The notes: generated by a model from the letters alone, not told the origin. A stretch of 64,000 bases of DNA from Octopus bimaculoides (GCF_001194135.2 NC_068983.1:150127983-150191982); one strand, 5' to 3'; numbered from the stretch's first letter, positions 37,618-52,303 are shown. Program-made: numbers and translations.

Positions 37618-40600
37618 CTTTAAATAGAAGAATGTGAATCCATAACAGGTAATATATAATTACAGGTAATCCGGCACTTATTCTCAACAGCTAAGCAAAC
37701 TGATGCATATGAAATTAAAAATACTACATAAATGAAATACACAGTGAAATGTAGGTCTTGAATTCAAAACCATTGCATGATTCAAAAGTCTGATACTATA
37801 CCCACTTAATTTTCTTTCTATAAAGTTTTCAGGTTACAACAGAGCATGTGTGTCCCTCCCTCCAATTATACCAATAGACAAATTTAGAAAAAGAAACTAA
37901 ACCTAAATAACAAGTCACACCATTTTTGTCATCAGCTATCATTCCATCCAACTTGTGCAAGCTGGTCACTATTAAGATAAAGAGATCAAAGCACTCAATC
38001 AGTTTTCGTTTTGCATTTTTAAATAGAATTCTCTTTGCAATAACGGATAAAAAGCTTTGTCTAACCTCATTTAGCTGTGTGTGGATTGCAAGCTAGATCC
38101 ACTGGTCAAAGTTATCGACACCGATGACAATAGGTTAAAAAAAAATGTAATGGATCATAAACCACAACAGTGCTAAAGCTGATATAGAAACTATCCAAAT
38201 GTAATAGGTACAAAGAATACTAGAGACATTACATAGCTTATTGCAAAGAATAAAATGATTTGTTGTTTTAGAAATAAGGATAAGACAACTTAGCTCTTAA
38301 GGGCAAAGCTTCAGTAAAAGATAAATAGATGTGAACTAAATTTATTGATGAAATATTCCATTCCCAGCCAAAAAAAACTTAAGTGTTAGGTTTATTAATG
38401 AACTAAAGATAAACGAAAATAAAACAATATAGAATAAGTTTCTAGAAAAATGTTTTACAATATCATGATTAAAATTTGTATTATGTTTATGAAAAGAATT
38501 GTCATAAAAAATGCCTGTAACCATATGAATGAATTTCAGATAATTTAACCAAGGAGATAAATATCAAAATAGCTTTTTAATGGCAACAGAAGTTAATGAC
38601 TGTTCCTGACTACTTAAGTGTCATGAGCTAAGGGGGAAAAGATTCCAAATGAATTCAAAACACTTTAAAAACAAAAAATGAAGAGAGAAAGAAAAAAAAT
38701 CAAAACCACAAATCTGTATCAGTACTTCAGTTACGAAAATGATATCAAACAAAGGAAGCTCCACAATGCAGACTGGTTCACCTCACACGCACAGATTGAT
38801 TCATTCATTTTGCATTCATTTTTTTCATGCTAGCATGGGTTAAATATGGTTTTGAAGCATTGCTTTGCAGCCAGATGTCCTTCCTGGTGCTAATCCTTTC
38901 TTGTTCTTCAAGAAAGGGATCTCTTATTCCACATGGCCTCAAAAGATGAAGCAAGCAGATCTATTGATAAGAGAAATGCTAACAAACACCACACAAATGT
39001 CATGACTTGCTGTCCAATAAATTGAACAACTTGCTAATAGAATTAGCAGTATAAATGCACCTCCACAGATGTGTGTCCTTAGAAAGGCAGAGTTAGCATA
39101 ACAGAAACAGGCTTCCACACAGTCTGCATCCATCCGATTTCACTAATAAACTTCGGGTTGAACCAAGGCTAAACTAAAGGGCATCTGCCTGAGATGCCAC
39201 AAAAGAACTGAACTCATGACAAGGAAGTAGCCTTCTTCACCACTCAATCATATAATACCTACTTACATAATGTAACACCTATACAATATATAAACGTGTG
39301 TGTATATGTGTGTTTAAGATGTATGCCTTGCAACCAGTTTCACTGCTCGGTATTTTCGGTGTGTTTTCTACTATAGCTCAAGTTGACCAATGTCTTATGA
39401 GTGAATTTGATACACAGGAACTGTAGAGCACCAGGTTCTCTCCCTCTCACACACAAATCATTGTTTTACATCCATTTTTCCAAGCTGACATAGACTTGAT
39501 GGCATTGCCACAATCAGTCAGCAGATATTTCAGTGCAGTTAACTGAAATAGGTTAGATGACATCTTGCTTGTGAGTTTCATTTTTGGCCCTGAAAGCCTT
39601 TCCTAACACCAACCATTTTAGAGTGTACTGTTTTTTTGTTTTTTTTTCTTCCCAGAAACACTAGCACAAAGGGAAGTGTCATGCTCACAACACAATGAAA
39701 TAGTTCTCTTGAGCCCCCACCACTGTTTACTTGCCAACCTCTGTACAGAGTGAGAGGCATGAAAGATAAACAGTGTATAGATAAGTCATAAGAAGAATGA
39801 ACAATAAGAATACTTAGTATTCTGTGGCATACGTACAGTGGAGATAATATGATCAAGAAGAGAGAGCAATAGCAGAAGGAAATATAACCAAGGGGACAGA
39901 GTGCCAACAAAAGAAGAGCCAGAGTGTATGGTTGAAAAAGAGCAAGAGTATAATTGAAAGCAGAGTGGAAGCATTGATAACAGGCAGTTCAGGAAGTGAG
40001 CATGTGCGGAAAGTGTTTTGAGCACAATTGGTCCAATTTTGTGTAATCTCTGATAGACCCTGTGATGGACATAACAGGTCAAAAGATGGTGGCACTGGCA
40101 AATAAATAGTTGGATCCCATACCAGTACATGGGTATAGATGACAGGAGTATGTGTGATAAAGAAATGGGCGGGCATCAGTAGTAGAGTGATGGAGAAAAA
40201 GGTACCATGAAGGGGAGGGAGATTATGTGTATATGAATGAATGCTGGCTTTTTTTCCTCTTAAAAAACAGATGAGAACATCCAATTGTAAAATCCTGCTT
40301 CAAATAAAACCCCATACAACCCATGCAAGCATGAAAAAATAGATGAATAAACAAATGAAAATATGTATTTAATATAACATGGTAGCTAAGAGACATGTCA
40401 GTGCCTCTATACTTAATATGTAGAAAGTATTTTTGTTTTCTTTTTTTTTTTTGTCTGTATTTTAAAATTTAATGTGTTTTAATGCAATTCTTTTTGAATA
40501 CAATTATATTTGCACATAGACTTTACTGTAATGCAGATATATAACTAAAATTGAATTTTCCAGTTTCACTTGACATAGGCAAAAAGAGAACCAGGCAATT

Positions 40601-41810
40601 AGTAAACTTGTCCTGGAACATTAAAAGTTGGCATCCATCCTTCTTGCACAAAGCCTGTAGTCCCAAATGAGGTTATTTGAAAGCATAAATATTAAGAGTG
40701 TTAATGATATCTGAATATTTCATAAATATAATTAAATGTAAAAGAATTGAAGACTGCATTATTCTCTATCTTCCATCGTATTTGAACTGCATACTAACTT
40801 TTCAAAGACATGGTTTTTAAATGAGAAATTATAACTACAGTGTTCTAATATATGCTGTCTATAACACTGCCAAGTGAGTGTGAGAGTGTGTGTGAAAGAG
40901 AAAGTTTCCATCAACCACATTTCACTTTTAACTATCTTTGTTCACTGGGGCTGAAGGTTCAAGTCTAACCAAATGCACTTTTCTCTAATATGAAAGTAAA
41001 GAATGTAGTAGTGTTAAATCTGTAGAGGAATAATATTACAGAAAGATCATGTTTTTCATTTCTTTCTAGTGTTAAGATTACTTCTTGATGTGAAAATAAA
41101 AATAACAAAATCACTCCAGGTAGTTGTAACAAATGTATAAAAATATCATTTTCAAAGATTCCCCACAACAGACTGTAACTACATGTGAGAACTTTACACC
41201 GTTTTGAAAAATCAAACATATAAGAAAAAATGCTATTTCAAGAAATTAAGTAATTCATATGTATATATTTATCATTTCTATGGGCTAAACAGTTCAACTA
41301 GATCCAACAGTTCAGAGAAAGGTATTGTGCTCTAATGTTTGCTTTGATATGGTTTCTACAGCTGGTGACCTTTCTCCCACTAACATATATTGTGAAATCC
41401 CAGTCAATCTTCACAATAATCTGACTACTCTCACAATTAAATCATACAATCAGTAAATGATCTGTTTTTATTCTTAATCTTGTTTTTAAGATAATATATA
41501 CATGAAAGAGAAAGAAAGCAATCAGTGAAAAAACTATTTTAGTGATTTCAGAATGCATAAACTTATATTCACTTTTAATTCATTTCATAGTGTTAAAATT
41601 TTCATTGCACTTCTGCAACCCAGTCACTGACACATTTTTACTGCACACAAAGGAAAATTAGCTCAGGAAGCAGACCACAAAAGTGGAATAGAAATTTTAA
41701 CAGTTCAAGAAACACAAGAAAAATGAGTATGTTCTTGTGAAATGGTTAAAATGAATCTCTTCAACAAATTGTTTCAGTTTAAACACATGACCAAAAGTCA
41801 AGTCACTTAC

Positions 41811-41878
41811 ACAACACAATATTTGAAAGTTTTGTAGCTGTGGAGACAATAGATTATGTAAAAACATTCTTTCGTTTC
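41811..41878 (-). CDS. Candidate internal exon (GNERMFLHNLLSPQLQNFQILCC; alternative frame ETKECFYIIYCLHSYKTFKYCV)
   Basis: Poly-T tract plus taag| and consensus donor |gtaagt, 68 nt. This is the best splice-site pair in the window. Confidence 0.6.
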
Positions 41879-42394
41879 CTTAAAAAAAAAAAAACAAAAA
41901 AACAGAAAAATAACTGGGAATCCTCTGAGAGATGAATGTTCACTTATCAGGAAGATTTACCCTTTATTCTTTGGCTACCCTAAACAAGTAAAATACTAAG
42001 TAAATATACCTCTCAGNNNNNNNNNNNNNNNNNNNNNNNNNATGCCTTGAATAAACCAAAATTAATTTATTCACTTTTTGCTTGCACAAACAAAAGCTTC
42101 TAATTAGGTGGATGAAAATGGTCAGAATCTCCTTAATGTAGTGGTTTACCACTGTCATCTGGTCTAAGCAAGATATGTGGTTCAATTCCTATGATTCTAT
42201 CCCTTTTTTTTCTTCTTTTTCTGAGTGGTATATTTACTCAATATTTTATAAGCTATAGTTTATTTATAGCTCTATTTGCATTTGAGTTTTTTTTTTTTAA
42301 ATTTTTTTTTTTTTTATATAACATGTATTTTCAGGCATCAGTCTGATGGAGTAGGTTGTGAAATTAATGTTAAGAGAATTAGCATAATCAATTA

Positions 42395-42850
42395 GGAAAA
42401 GATTTGTTGAGATGCAATTTAGATTTTGCCAAGCCATAGCACTACTAATGCTTTTTCCATAGTGAGACAACCTCAAAAGAAATTATTAGCCAAGGATAAA
42501 CCTATCTACTGAGCAACGCTGATATGGAGAATACATATCTGGTATTCTCTCAGAAGCAGTCTAGTGGTCTTTAAGAAAATTAGATGCAGATGAAGGGCTT
42601 TTGATAGCAGGCAAGCCATGTACAGGAATGTAGTCAGCAAAATGAGAGGTGACAATGAGTTCAGTAAAGAATATTGAGTGCAGGTAAGTGTTTAACAAGG
42701 ATCTGTTTAGCCCCTTCTTATATAATTCTCCATGCTATAATAGAGGATTTTAAGACCAGGTTACCCATAAAAACTCCTACATGCTAATGACCCTAGTTCT
42801 CACAGCAGAGTCAGTGAAAGACTTAAGGCAGAAATTTGAATATTCTCCCT
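42395..42850 (+). mobile_element. Decayed RTE reverse-transcriptase core fragment
   Basis: MQFRF..STTNAFSIVRQ..AKDKPIY..AMYRNVVSK..QGSV..EDFKT..LLHANDLVLTAES matches the RTE RT subdomains, with stops and frameshifts. Confidence 0.8.
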
Positions 42851-44399
42851 GTTACACAAATGGCTTAGTACAAGAGGACAGGAGCTGATAGATGAAAAGT
42901 AACATTGCACTGTAGAGAGAGATTAATGACATACATCAGAACCTCCATAAGTAAATATTTAACACACACACATATTCTTCAAAACAAACATGTTATCAAC
43001 ATCATTTAACACTTACTCTCCATGCTAGCATGGGTTGGATGGTGCAACAGGATCTGACGAATTGGATTCACTTCATACTCCAATGTTTATTTTGATATGG
43101 TTTCTAAGGTTGGATAAGTTTGCAAAATGAGTGGGAAGTTTTTTTTTCTTCTTTACTTGTTGGTTGGTTGGTTGGTTAAACTTCACTCAGTTACTTGTAG
43201 CTAATGTTAGAAAGCCAATCTTATCCCCAGAGAAGCATTTGTTGAAAGCACAGAAAGCAAATCACAACATCTATCAACCATTGTTGTGGTAAGCGTTTGT
43301 CAGATTCAAATGTGTGAGAGAGATAGAGAGAATATGTGCATTATGTTATGTATAAATACTGACCCAAAGAGACTTTTAACACCATTTGTTTTCTTCATGT
43401 CTTATTCTAAGATTTTAGATATGTTGAACATTATCATGAAACAACTGAACTATTTTTCAACAAGACAGCTAAAGGTTATGGTGTAGTCAGCATGTGTTCA
43501 GAAGAACTGCTCACCTAGACAGGAGACCTCCTCTCACTCACATTTTGGGTTTGGTTTCTACAACTGGATGTGTTTCTCATGACACCAGCACAAGAGAAGT
43601 AACCATGTCCTTGATAAGATTAAAAGAACCACACAATTCCACATCCTGGCTCACTCACCAATTTTAATACAAAAAGTATGAGTGACAGAGGCGTGAATAA
43701 TAGTAATGAGAAGGATGTGTGATAAGGAGTGGATTGGTAGAAGTACTCAGTATCCTGAGATAACTATGAATATTCAAGGCAATACAACATAACTGAGATG
43801 GTAGGTGGAAAATAGAGGTCTACATGACCTAGGAGATCAAGCAATGACAGTGGATGAGTGGGAGCCAAGATTACTTGCAATCAGTGTGATACCACAGGGA
43901 GATGATAGGCAGTACAGGAGGGGTAGATGAAGGTAGAGTGAGCTGAGCATGGATAGTCCAATGTAGTCACCTGTACCTAAGCAACAAGATGGGGCTAAAG
44001 AGCAACGAGAGTGATAGCAATAATAATGGTGTAAGGTAAGTCCTGAAGTGAACAGCACAAAGTGTTGGAGACAGACTCATAATAGATGCAGTGACAACCT
44101 TAGTTACACAACAAGCAATGCATGGTGAACAGGAGAGATCCACTGTCATCCTCAGTCACACGAGAAGCATAAGTATAGAATGGATGAAGAAATATGGGTG
44201 ACAGTGATGTGGTTCCTAGATAGATGAGTGATAGGAATGTGTAATGTGAGGAGTGATAGAGGAGTGAGTTATAAGAGTGTTAGAAGTGAGAAGCTATCGA
44301 AGCATCAATGATTATACTTCAAATGAGGCATATATGCATGCATACATGTACATACTATATCTGGTAATACATAGTGTGCACGTGCACACACAATTTTAG

Positions 44400-45030
44400 C
44401 ACCTATTATGCCAAGCCTTGTCAGGTGAGTGGGTCTCTTCCCACACCTTGTACTACCAGTCAGTGTGATCTTTTGTCATTTCTGTGTGGTATAATCACTT
44501 CAGATCCTTCTTCCCTACTCTGTCCCAAGTTTTCATTAGTCTCTCACTTCCACAGATTCTTTACTTTGAGTACACGGTCCAATTTTATACAACTGTCCTC
44601 CATATACATTACACAACCACATTAATGGAATCTCTCTTGCACACTACATCAGATTCCTCCTATGTTTAATTTTTCTCTCAGTTCATTTGCGCTGACACTT
44701 TAGTTAGTACTGCATATTCAACAAAGCATGCTTACCTTATTTCTTTCTAGCCTATGCAAATCCTCTGCATTCAAAGTCCACATTCCACAACTATGCAGTA
44801 ACACAATCCATTCACAACCATCAAATAATCTGCCCTTTACTCCAAAGAAAAGGGCCTATGTTGCTAGCAGATGCAATAGCTCCTTGAACATTTCCAACCA
44901 GTCCTTACTCTGATCTCTCACTATACTCCCAGAACACCTATTTGCACTGCTAATTAGGTCCCCTAGAACCAAACTGCTAAAAACAGATACTAAAAGGTAT
45001 CTCATCCAGTATTCATCAATATCAGCAGCA
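44400..45030 (-). mobile_element. Decayed RTE C-terminal fragment
   Basis: Minus-strand reading MFKELLHLLAT..GVKGRLF..EDLHRLERNKVSML parallels the 1259-1876 ORF. Confidence 0.75.
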
Positions 45031-45049
45031 GGGTTGGGATGAACTGATT

Positions 45050-45580
45050 TGAAGGAGGAGTCCAGTTTCAGTTGTTTACCTTGCTGATGTTTCTGGATAA
45101 TGAGTTTCCAAAGGTACAGATAATATTACCAATCATCAGTTTCTGTTGCTAATTCATATGAAACAGCATTATGAAGGGACTTTCATGTAACAGGATTTGG
45201 GCTTTTTTATCTATATTATCATAAACAACAGATATCTTTTTTGATAATATTTGGTCTCCAGGGTCACTCTCTGCTGCTTCTAGCCAGTTTCTGATATCTT
45301 CCATGACATCTATTTTGCAAATTTTCTGACATACAAAATGAAAACTTATTGCCTTGAATCTTTCAAATCATATTCTACCTCCATACTATATGGAAAATTT
45401 TTCCAAGCATTGACTTCAGTCTTCAGTGTTTTACATGAAGACTGCCAAATTGAATAGTGCAGAAATGGGATTGTAGTTTTTGATGTTACAGTGAGTTCTT
45501 TGTTCTCTTCCCTAAAATTACCTTCTCTTATCATTATGACAACTTTAAATATTTTCAATAGTATAATCTCTGACAAGTTA
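45050..45580 (-). mobile_element. pogo/Tigger-like transposase C-terminal relic
   Basis: KTEVNAWK..EDIRNWLEAAESDPGDQILS..KQLKLDSSF gives the characteristic acidic tail and terminal QxxLxxF PIP-like motif; frameshifted. Confidence 0.6.
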
Positions 45581-46499
45581 CACTTATATTTGATCTATTG
45601 GCTGGATAGTAGAGGTAACACTGGATAGCAACACACATTTGTGAGTGACTACTTGGATGACAAGGTGTGTTGCCTAATAGGAGTAGCATCATCTCATCAG
45701 CAGAAAGTTTGAGGACATCTTCCTGGTATTCATGGACTACAACCATAAGAGAAATGATCAAACTCAGTATGTTGAAAGAGTAGGTAAAATCCCTAGATCG
45801 TGTGCCCAGTGTAAACACTAGACACAAGCATTGACAAGGAAGATTTTATATGTGGCAGGTGCATAGGAGTTATGAGCAGCAAAAGCATCTGAAAAATAGA
45901 TTATCTCAAATGTCTGTGCAGCTCCCTAGAAATGTTTGAGAGGTTTATATTACTTAGGCAACTCACTTAGCAGTGGGGATGGTGAATATATAATGAAATA
46001 TACATTTACGTACATGTGCACATGCATAGGTGAGTGTGAGCATGCAGAGATAGATGTGCACATGTAGAAGAGCATGTGAGTATGCACATTTGTGTTGATA
46101 TGTCCTTTTGTAGATGTGTGTATATGGTATCCTGAGTACATTGGTCTTACAACAAACAGCTTTAAAATAAAATACAACCAACATCAAAACAAAACCATAT
46201 ATCGGCACTAACAGCCCCTGCAACTGATACACAGAGAAGATCATACAAATCCTTTTCACCAAGATGCCTCTATTGAACATGAGATCTAAGTTTACATACA
46301 AATACAAAAAATATAACTATACTACTGTGTTTGATACTGGAAAATACCCTGTTTCATAAATTCCAAACCAGTAATTGACCTAAAATTCAACAATACAAAA
46401 CAAAAACAAGGCACTCCGTTAGTTATGATGACAAGTGTTCCAGTTGACCCAATCATCAGAACAGCCTGTTCATGAAATTAATGTGCAAGAGGCTGAGTA

Positions 46500-46725
46500 C
46501 TCTACAGGCATGCATACCTTTAAAGTAGTTCTGAAAGAGATTCAGCATGACACAGAATGTGACAAAGCTGGCCCTTTGAATTACAGGTACAACTCATTTT
46601 TGCCAGTTGAGTGGACTGGAGTAAGGTGAAATAAAGCGTCTTGCTAAAGGACACAACGTGCTACTGGGAATCAAATTCATGACCTTACAATTACAAGCCA
46701 AATACCCTAACCACTAGACCATACG
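46500..46725 (-). mobile_element. tRNA-derived SINE (gtgtcctttagcaagac-type core)
   Basis: Minus strand tagtggttaggg...gaatttgattcccag...gtgtcctttagcaagacgctttatttcac...ccagtccactcaactggcaaaaatgagt. Confidence 0.7.
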
Positions 46726-47550
46726 CTATCATGAAAATCCAACATACTCCTATCCTGACTGAATTCTGAACTGTGCAGCTAAGGCTATATGAACTGTAAC
46801 TTGTACACCTTACAAGTCTAACCAAGATTATATGCTAATCATGACCCCGCCCATCACCAATACTGCACTGATGGCTTTTCCCTCCTGAATGTGACCTAAC
46901 TATTACTTTTGAACTGGTATCTGTACCACAATAGTTATTATTTCTAACTATCCATACGTTTAAAACCTAACAGTAAGACAATACTACTCATACATATGCA
47001 ACTATAAATTTAACATTTAGAGTAAGAACTACATATTGCCACCTTTGGACTGAATGCCTCCTTACTGAACAGTTTCTTAGATCCCATACCTTTGCCATGT
47101 GATCCTGCCCTTTATCATACAGAGCAGATTTTTCTGCTACCATTCATGACCTCACCTTATTACAAACAACTTGCTCAGTTACCCCTCTGTAGTACTTTCC
47201 AGACCAAAAGTTATATAATGGAACCTCTACCATGGGGATGTAAATTACATTCATTTTCTAATATAAACATACTTAGTCAGATGATAACTTCAATCCTTAA
47301 CCATTCTGTAAACTTAAGTCATGTGACATTAAACTGGCCTATAAGAGACTTAATTACCCTTCTAACATTGCATTATTTTATTTGTAAAATAGATGATGGT
47401 TAATATGGGTCCTAGCATGGTTTTCAAAGCTTAATTCCTTAATACCTGCCTGACTCTTCTAAAGACACAAACTTCTACATCTCCCAATAACTTCTTTATA
47501 ACTCTTCTTTGCAATGTCAATAATTAAAAGAAATTCCAGCAAGAGTTTAA

Positions 47551-47673
47551 CCCTTTTATGACCTTATTTATAATGGGATTCATTGTGTATGATGAAGGAT
47601 TTAACACAATAACTTCAATATTAAACAGGTGTTTGGAACATAACAAAAATGGTCTCATCAAATTATAAAAGGC
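47551..47673. mobile_element. 123-bp TTAA-flanked mini-MITE (piggyBac-like)
   Basis: TTAA at 47547-47550 and 47674-47677. Ends cccttttatg / tataaaaggc are inverted at 8/10. Confidence 0.6.
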
Positions 47674-48399
47674 TTAAATACACAGTACTTCAAAATAGCC
47701 ACTCTGTTAGTACTTAACTAGGGTGGTCACAAGCAGGTTGGTATCAATACAGTTAATACTGGTCTATTTCTTCACAACTATAGCTATCTACCACTTAGCC
47801 AGTTACATTATTACCATATTCCAATAATTAGCAGATTCTGTAACTTATTTAATGTTAAGTGACAGGACTTCATGACCAAAAATTAAAAATTTTGTTAGTA
47901 TATCCCTCTATCATTAAAACATGCCATTCTGCCACAAGCTAAATTAATTACTGTATAAATTATTACTACCTACTTTTTCTCTTTCTTGGTCTCAAATTAC
48001 CAACTTCTATAGCAACACTTCACATTTTTGCAATAGATACATGAAAGATAAGCATAATTACAAGTAGGATTTCTTAGTAACTTTATATACTTCTGTCTGA
48101 TCCCTTTTATTCACTAGTATACATCTGCCACCTAATACTTTAATACCAGCTAAAATAAAATAACAGTCTGCAGAAAACCTAATAACTTTCTTCAGTATCT
48201 TTTCTTTAAATACGCAACCTTTATTCAGACAGAATCCAAACAGTTATGTGTGAATTCAGCTCAGAAAGAAAATATAAAATCTAACACAGATCAAAACTGA
48301 CTCGTCTTCAATTACTAGACTGAAGGAGAACTCAAGTGACTTTTCATACACCAGCTACCTGTTTACACCTCATAAGTGACCCCAATCCCTTATCCCTTA

Positions 48400-49200
48400 T
48401 ACAATAGTAAAAAAATTGAAATCTAGATCTTTTTGAACACTACTGGTAAAATTTTCCACCATTTTTTAATCATGTTTGCATTTAAAGATTATCCACCCTC
48501 ATTCTCAACATAATAATTTTCAATATCTAAATACCTTTTTCTTTCATGTTCTTAATTGATAGCTCAATCTGAACTACTACTTCTACCAAGACTAAATTCA
48601 AGTTCGATCTTTATTTTATTAAAGATTTTTCGAAGTTTCTTCTTATTCCTTTATGTTTAAATTAAAACACCAGCATCCATAAATCCCATTAACATTTCAG
48701 AGCATTTTCAGAACTATTCTCAAAATAAAATGGAGTGGAACAGCATGTTTATGCAAGCTTTGTGTTCAGTTGCAAAAGATCTTAAGTGCACCAGTAATTT
48801 CTCATTTTACACTGCATTTATAAAATTATAACAGATGCAGTGCCTAACAAAAATACTCATACAATACATGTATATTGCAAGTACCAAATGCACCCTGACT
48901 ACAGAATGGATTAACATCATTAAAAAACTTAGAACATAACATGTATCACATCTAACCATACAATCACTGTTAAAATATATTACAAAAATATCAGAATCAA
49001 AACCCTTCTGACTAACACAAAACCACAAGCTAACAAAACACATAACATACTTCAAACTACCAATGTAGGATATAAATTCCCAAGCAAACATGAAAGTTGC
49101 AAACTTCATGAATAATACTGCTACATTGTTCATACAAGTATAATACTCTCCCATCATTTGACCATGAATTCACAGCAACTACTGCCATACACTATAGTAC
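48400..49200 (-). mobile_element. Possible ancient L1/Tx1-like endonuclease-region relic
   Basis: Decayed reading VNSWSNDGRVLYL resembles the DxxGR motif, and the region has strong strand skew. Weak. Confidence 0.2.
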
Positions 49201-49811
49201 TAGCTATAGAAATTAAAAGAACAATAGTTGACATTACAATTATATATAGTATTCCACACAAAAAAATTAGTGTCTATGGAGGTTATGTTAATAGCAAAAT
49301 ATAAACCAAAAATCAATACTCAAATACAACATAAAAATAATTAACTTAGTTTTTATAACTACTAAACTTAGCTGTTAAATAACTTTTTAAATCAAATATT
49401 GCGAAAAAGGAAAAAAACATTCCCCAGTATTCTTTGCAAACCCAATGCAAAGCACGAAATCATTTTAACATCATTTCATTCTGAGAATGGAACTAGAGAT
49501 ATTAATGGACTAATGAATTTATGAAAGTTAATACATCAAACTGAATGTAAAGAACTAAAAGAATATGAAATACCCTATATAAAATTATCGAACTCAGAAA
49601 TAGTTACATCTCTAATACAGCATACAGACATGCATACAATTTCACAATTATATTACATACACAATCAACTCTACAGTATTTTCCATTTTCGATCTCTCCT
49701 GTCCATTATATTAACCACATGTGCACATAGTTCTATATACAAAGGTATACAAGCCATTTGCACAGGTATCACTGTGCACATGTAGCTGTATGAATGTGTA
49801 TGCACATGCAT

Positions 49812-49861
<50 letters not shown>

Positions 49862-51711
49862 GGTATAGGTATAGCTATATGGTTACAGTCCCCTTTGCAA
49901 CAACCTGCACAGTCCTGCTGCATAGCACTGTGGACTGGTATCTTCTATAGCCTCAGACCAACCAATGCCTCTTGAGTGGAACTGAGATGAAAACTGTGAG
50001 CGATTGAGTGAGAACAATAATCCAGTGAGCACTTTTCTGATTGAAGGACAGCAACACTGCATTCATTTTCCATTGGACAAATGTTTTTTTTTTTTTCTAA
50101 TGCACCATGTGATGACCATTAGAATAAAAACGAAAGTTACTTGAAAAACCAATATTGTAATCAATATGATGAATAAAAAAAAAAAGCCCTTCAAAGTGGT
50201 GTACCAGCCAAGTTGTAGTCCAATGACTGCACCAAGTAAAACAAAAAGTGTTTGTGGTTCAAATTCGGTGGGTGGCATGAACAAATGTCTTCTACTACAT
50301 GAACAAATGTCTTCTACTATAGCCCCAAGCCAACCATAGTCTTGTGAGTGGATTTGGTGGCTAGAAACTGAAAGAATCCTGTTATATACATACATACATC
50401 CATGGGGAATGGGGGCCTCATGCATGTGTATGTCTGCATGTTTACATTTGCACACTATGAAAAAAACAAACAAACAAAAAAAAAAACGTTCACTTCAAGA
50501 GGCAGTGCTGTTACTTCTGTCAACAATTAATCCACTCACTTCAATGACCTGTGAATTGAGACCCATCATACTTGAAAATCAGGTAAGAGGGAGCAACAGG
50601 AAAGGCATCTGGCTATGAAATGCCTCAAACCATGCCAATATGGAAAACAGATATTAAAGGATGGTGATTATATATATATATATGCATTTGTGTGTTTTTA
50701 CACATACATAGCATGTGCACTTGTATATGTTCAATGCATACATAGCTGCACATATGCACATGTATATGCATATATATCATTATCACATACATACATATAC
50801 AAACATACATATAACTGTACTGAGAGAGTAAAAAGAAGTGAAACAGAGTTAATATAAGAGGTGCAGGATGAGTGTACATACTAGTTTTGGTGGCAGGAAG
50901 TGCATAAATGAATGCTATACATACAGTGACAGAAAGAATTGTAGACAAGACTAAGTAAGAAGAGTGTTTGTGTGTGTGTAGACATGAGAGTAATTTCAAT
51001 TATATTTTTTAGTGCTTGAGTATTGTTTTATTTAACACTAGCTTAAACGCCCCACTTTGTGGACTTCTAAGGTAGCTCCTATGGAGAGCTACTTGGGCCT
51101 GTGGCCCAAAATTAAACAGAGCTAAATAGCAAGACTATAATGTGTCTATAATGACTATATGCCCTAGTGATGTTTGATAGGAGGTTAAGGACAGATGAGA
51201 ATTAATTCTGTAATGCAATCATTCTATTGTTCCAGTCCTGAGTTGAATTCCAACTGTTGGCCAATTTGTCCCAAAGTTCTTATCTTGACATAAAATTAAC
51301 GAAGCAAATGTCATTTATCTCCACCCTTGATCTCTGACATCATCTGAAAAAAAGCCAACCAAGATGGCATGAATCAGCCAAGCTTTACCTGCTAGAAATA
51401 GCAACCCAAATGCTTTTAAATTAGGTCCCAACGCTGGATGTTTAAGAACTAAATGAAGGGCAGATTTTCAATCCTGGGATCATTCTAATTCCAAAAAGGT
51501 ATATGTCTATGTACAGTAAATGTAGATTGAGATACAAGGGTCCTGGATGGGCAGACAGAATTTCACCTTTATTAACTAAGAAATATTATTTGAAAATTAG
51601 TATTCATTTCATCATTTTGTGTATCAAGAAAACTGACAATTATTGTATGTATACCGTATTTCCTGATATCCATATTGCAAAAAGTGTGTAAACTATCACA
51701 TGAATAGGTAG

Positions 51712-51860
<149 letters not shown>

Positions 51861-52231
51861 GGAGTAATACTGTTCAAATGTGTTGGTGTCACAAGAAAAT
51901 GTACCCACTACACTCTATAAAGTGTTTGGCAATATGAGAGGCATCCAACAGCAGGAACCTGGCCAAATGACATATGAGCACTAGTCTATGGGAGTAATAA
52001 CTCCAAATAACATGGCTTGGTATGTGACAACCAGTCCAACCCATGGGAAGTGGGCATAAATAAAATTGACATATGTAGGAGTGTGTAAATATATATTTCA
52101 TGATACGCACACATATAGGGTGCAGCAGAAAAACCTTACACATTTTAAATGGCTACTGCTGCAGTGCCAATGACGTTAAGCAGGTGTAATGATGCCTTCA
52201 TACAGCTAATGTTTTACTTTTTTCCCCCCAG

Positions 52232-52303
52232 TTATCGTTATGGTTTGAACTGGTGTTCACTGTTTACTTGCTGTTGCAGTGTTTATCAAGAATGGTGAAT
52301 CTG
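52232..52303 (+). other. Isolated plus-strand exon-like segment (LSLWFELVFTVYLLLQCLSRMVNL or YRYGLNWCSLFTCCCSVYQE)
   Basis: ctaat..ttttacttttttccccccag| and CTG|gtatga, 72 nt. No partner exons established. Confidence 0.25.

Noticed and set aside
46146-46296. Exon-like segment LMFNRGILVKRIC...
   Set aside because: Splice sites are plausible, but there is no recognisable product and it could not be tied to the other candidates; left uncalled.
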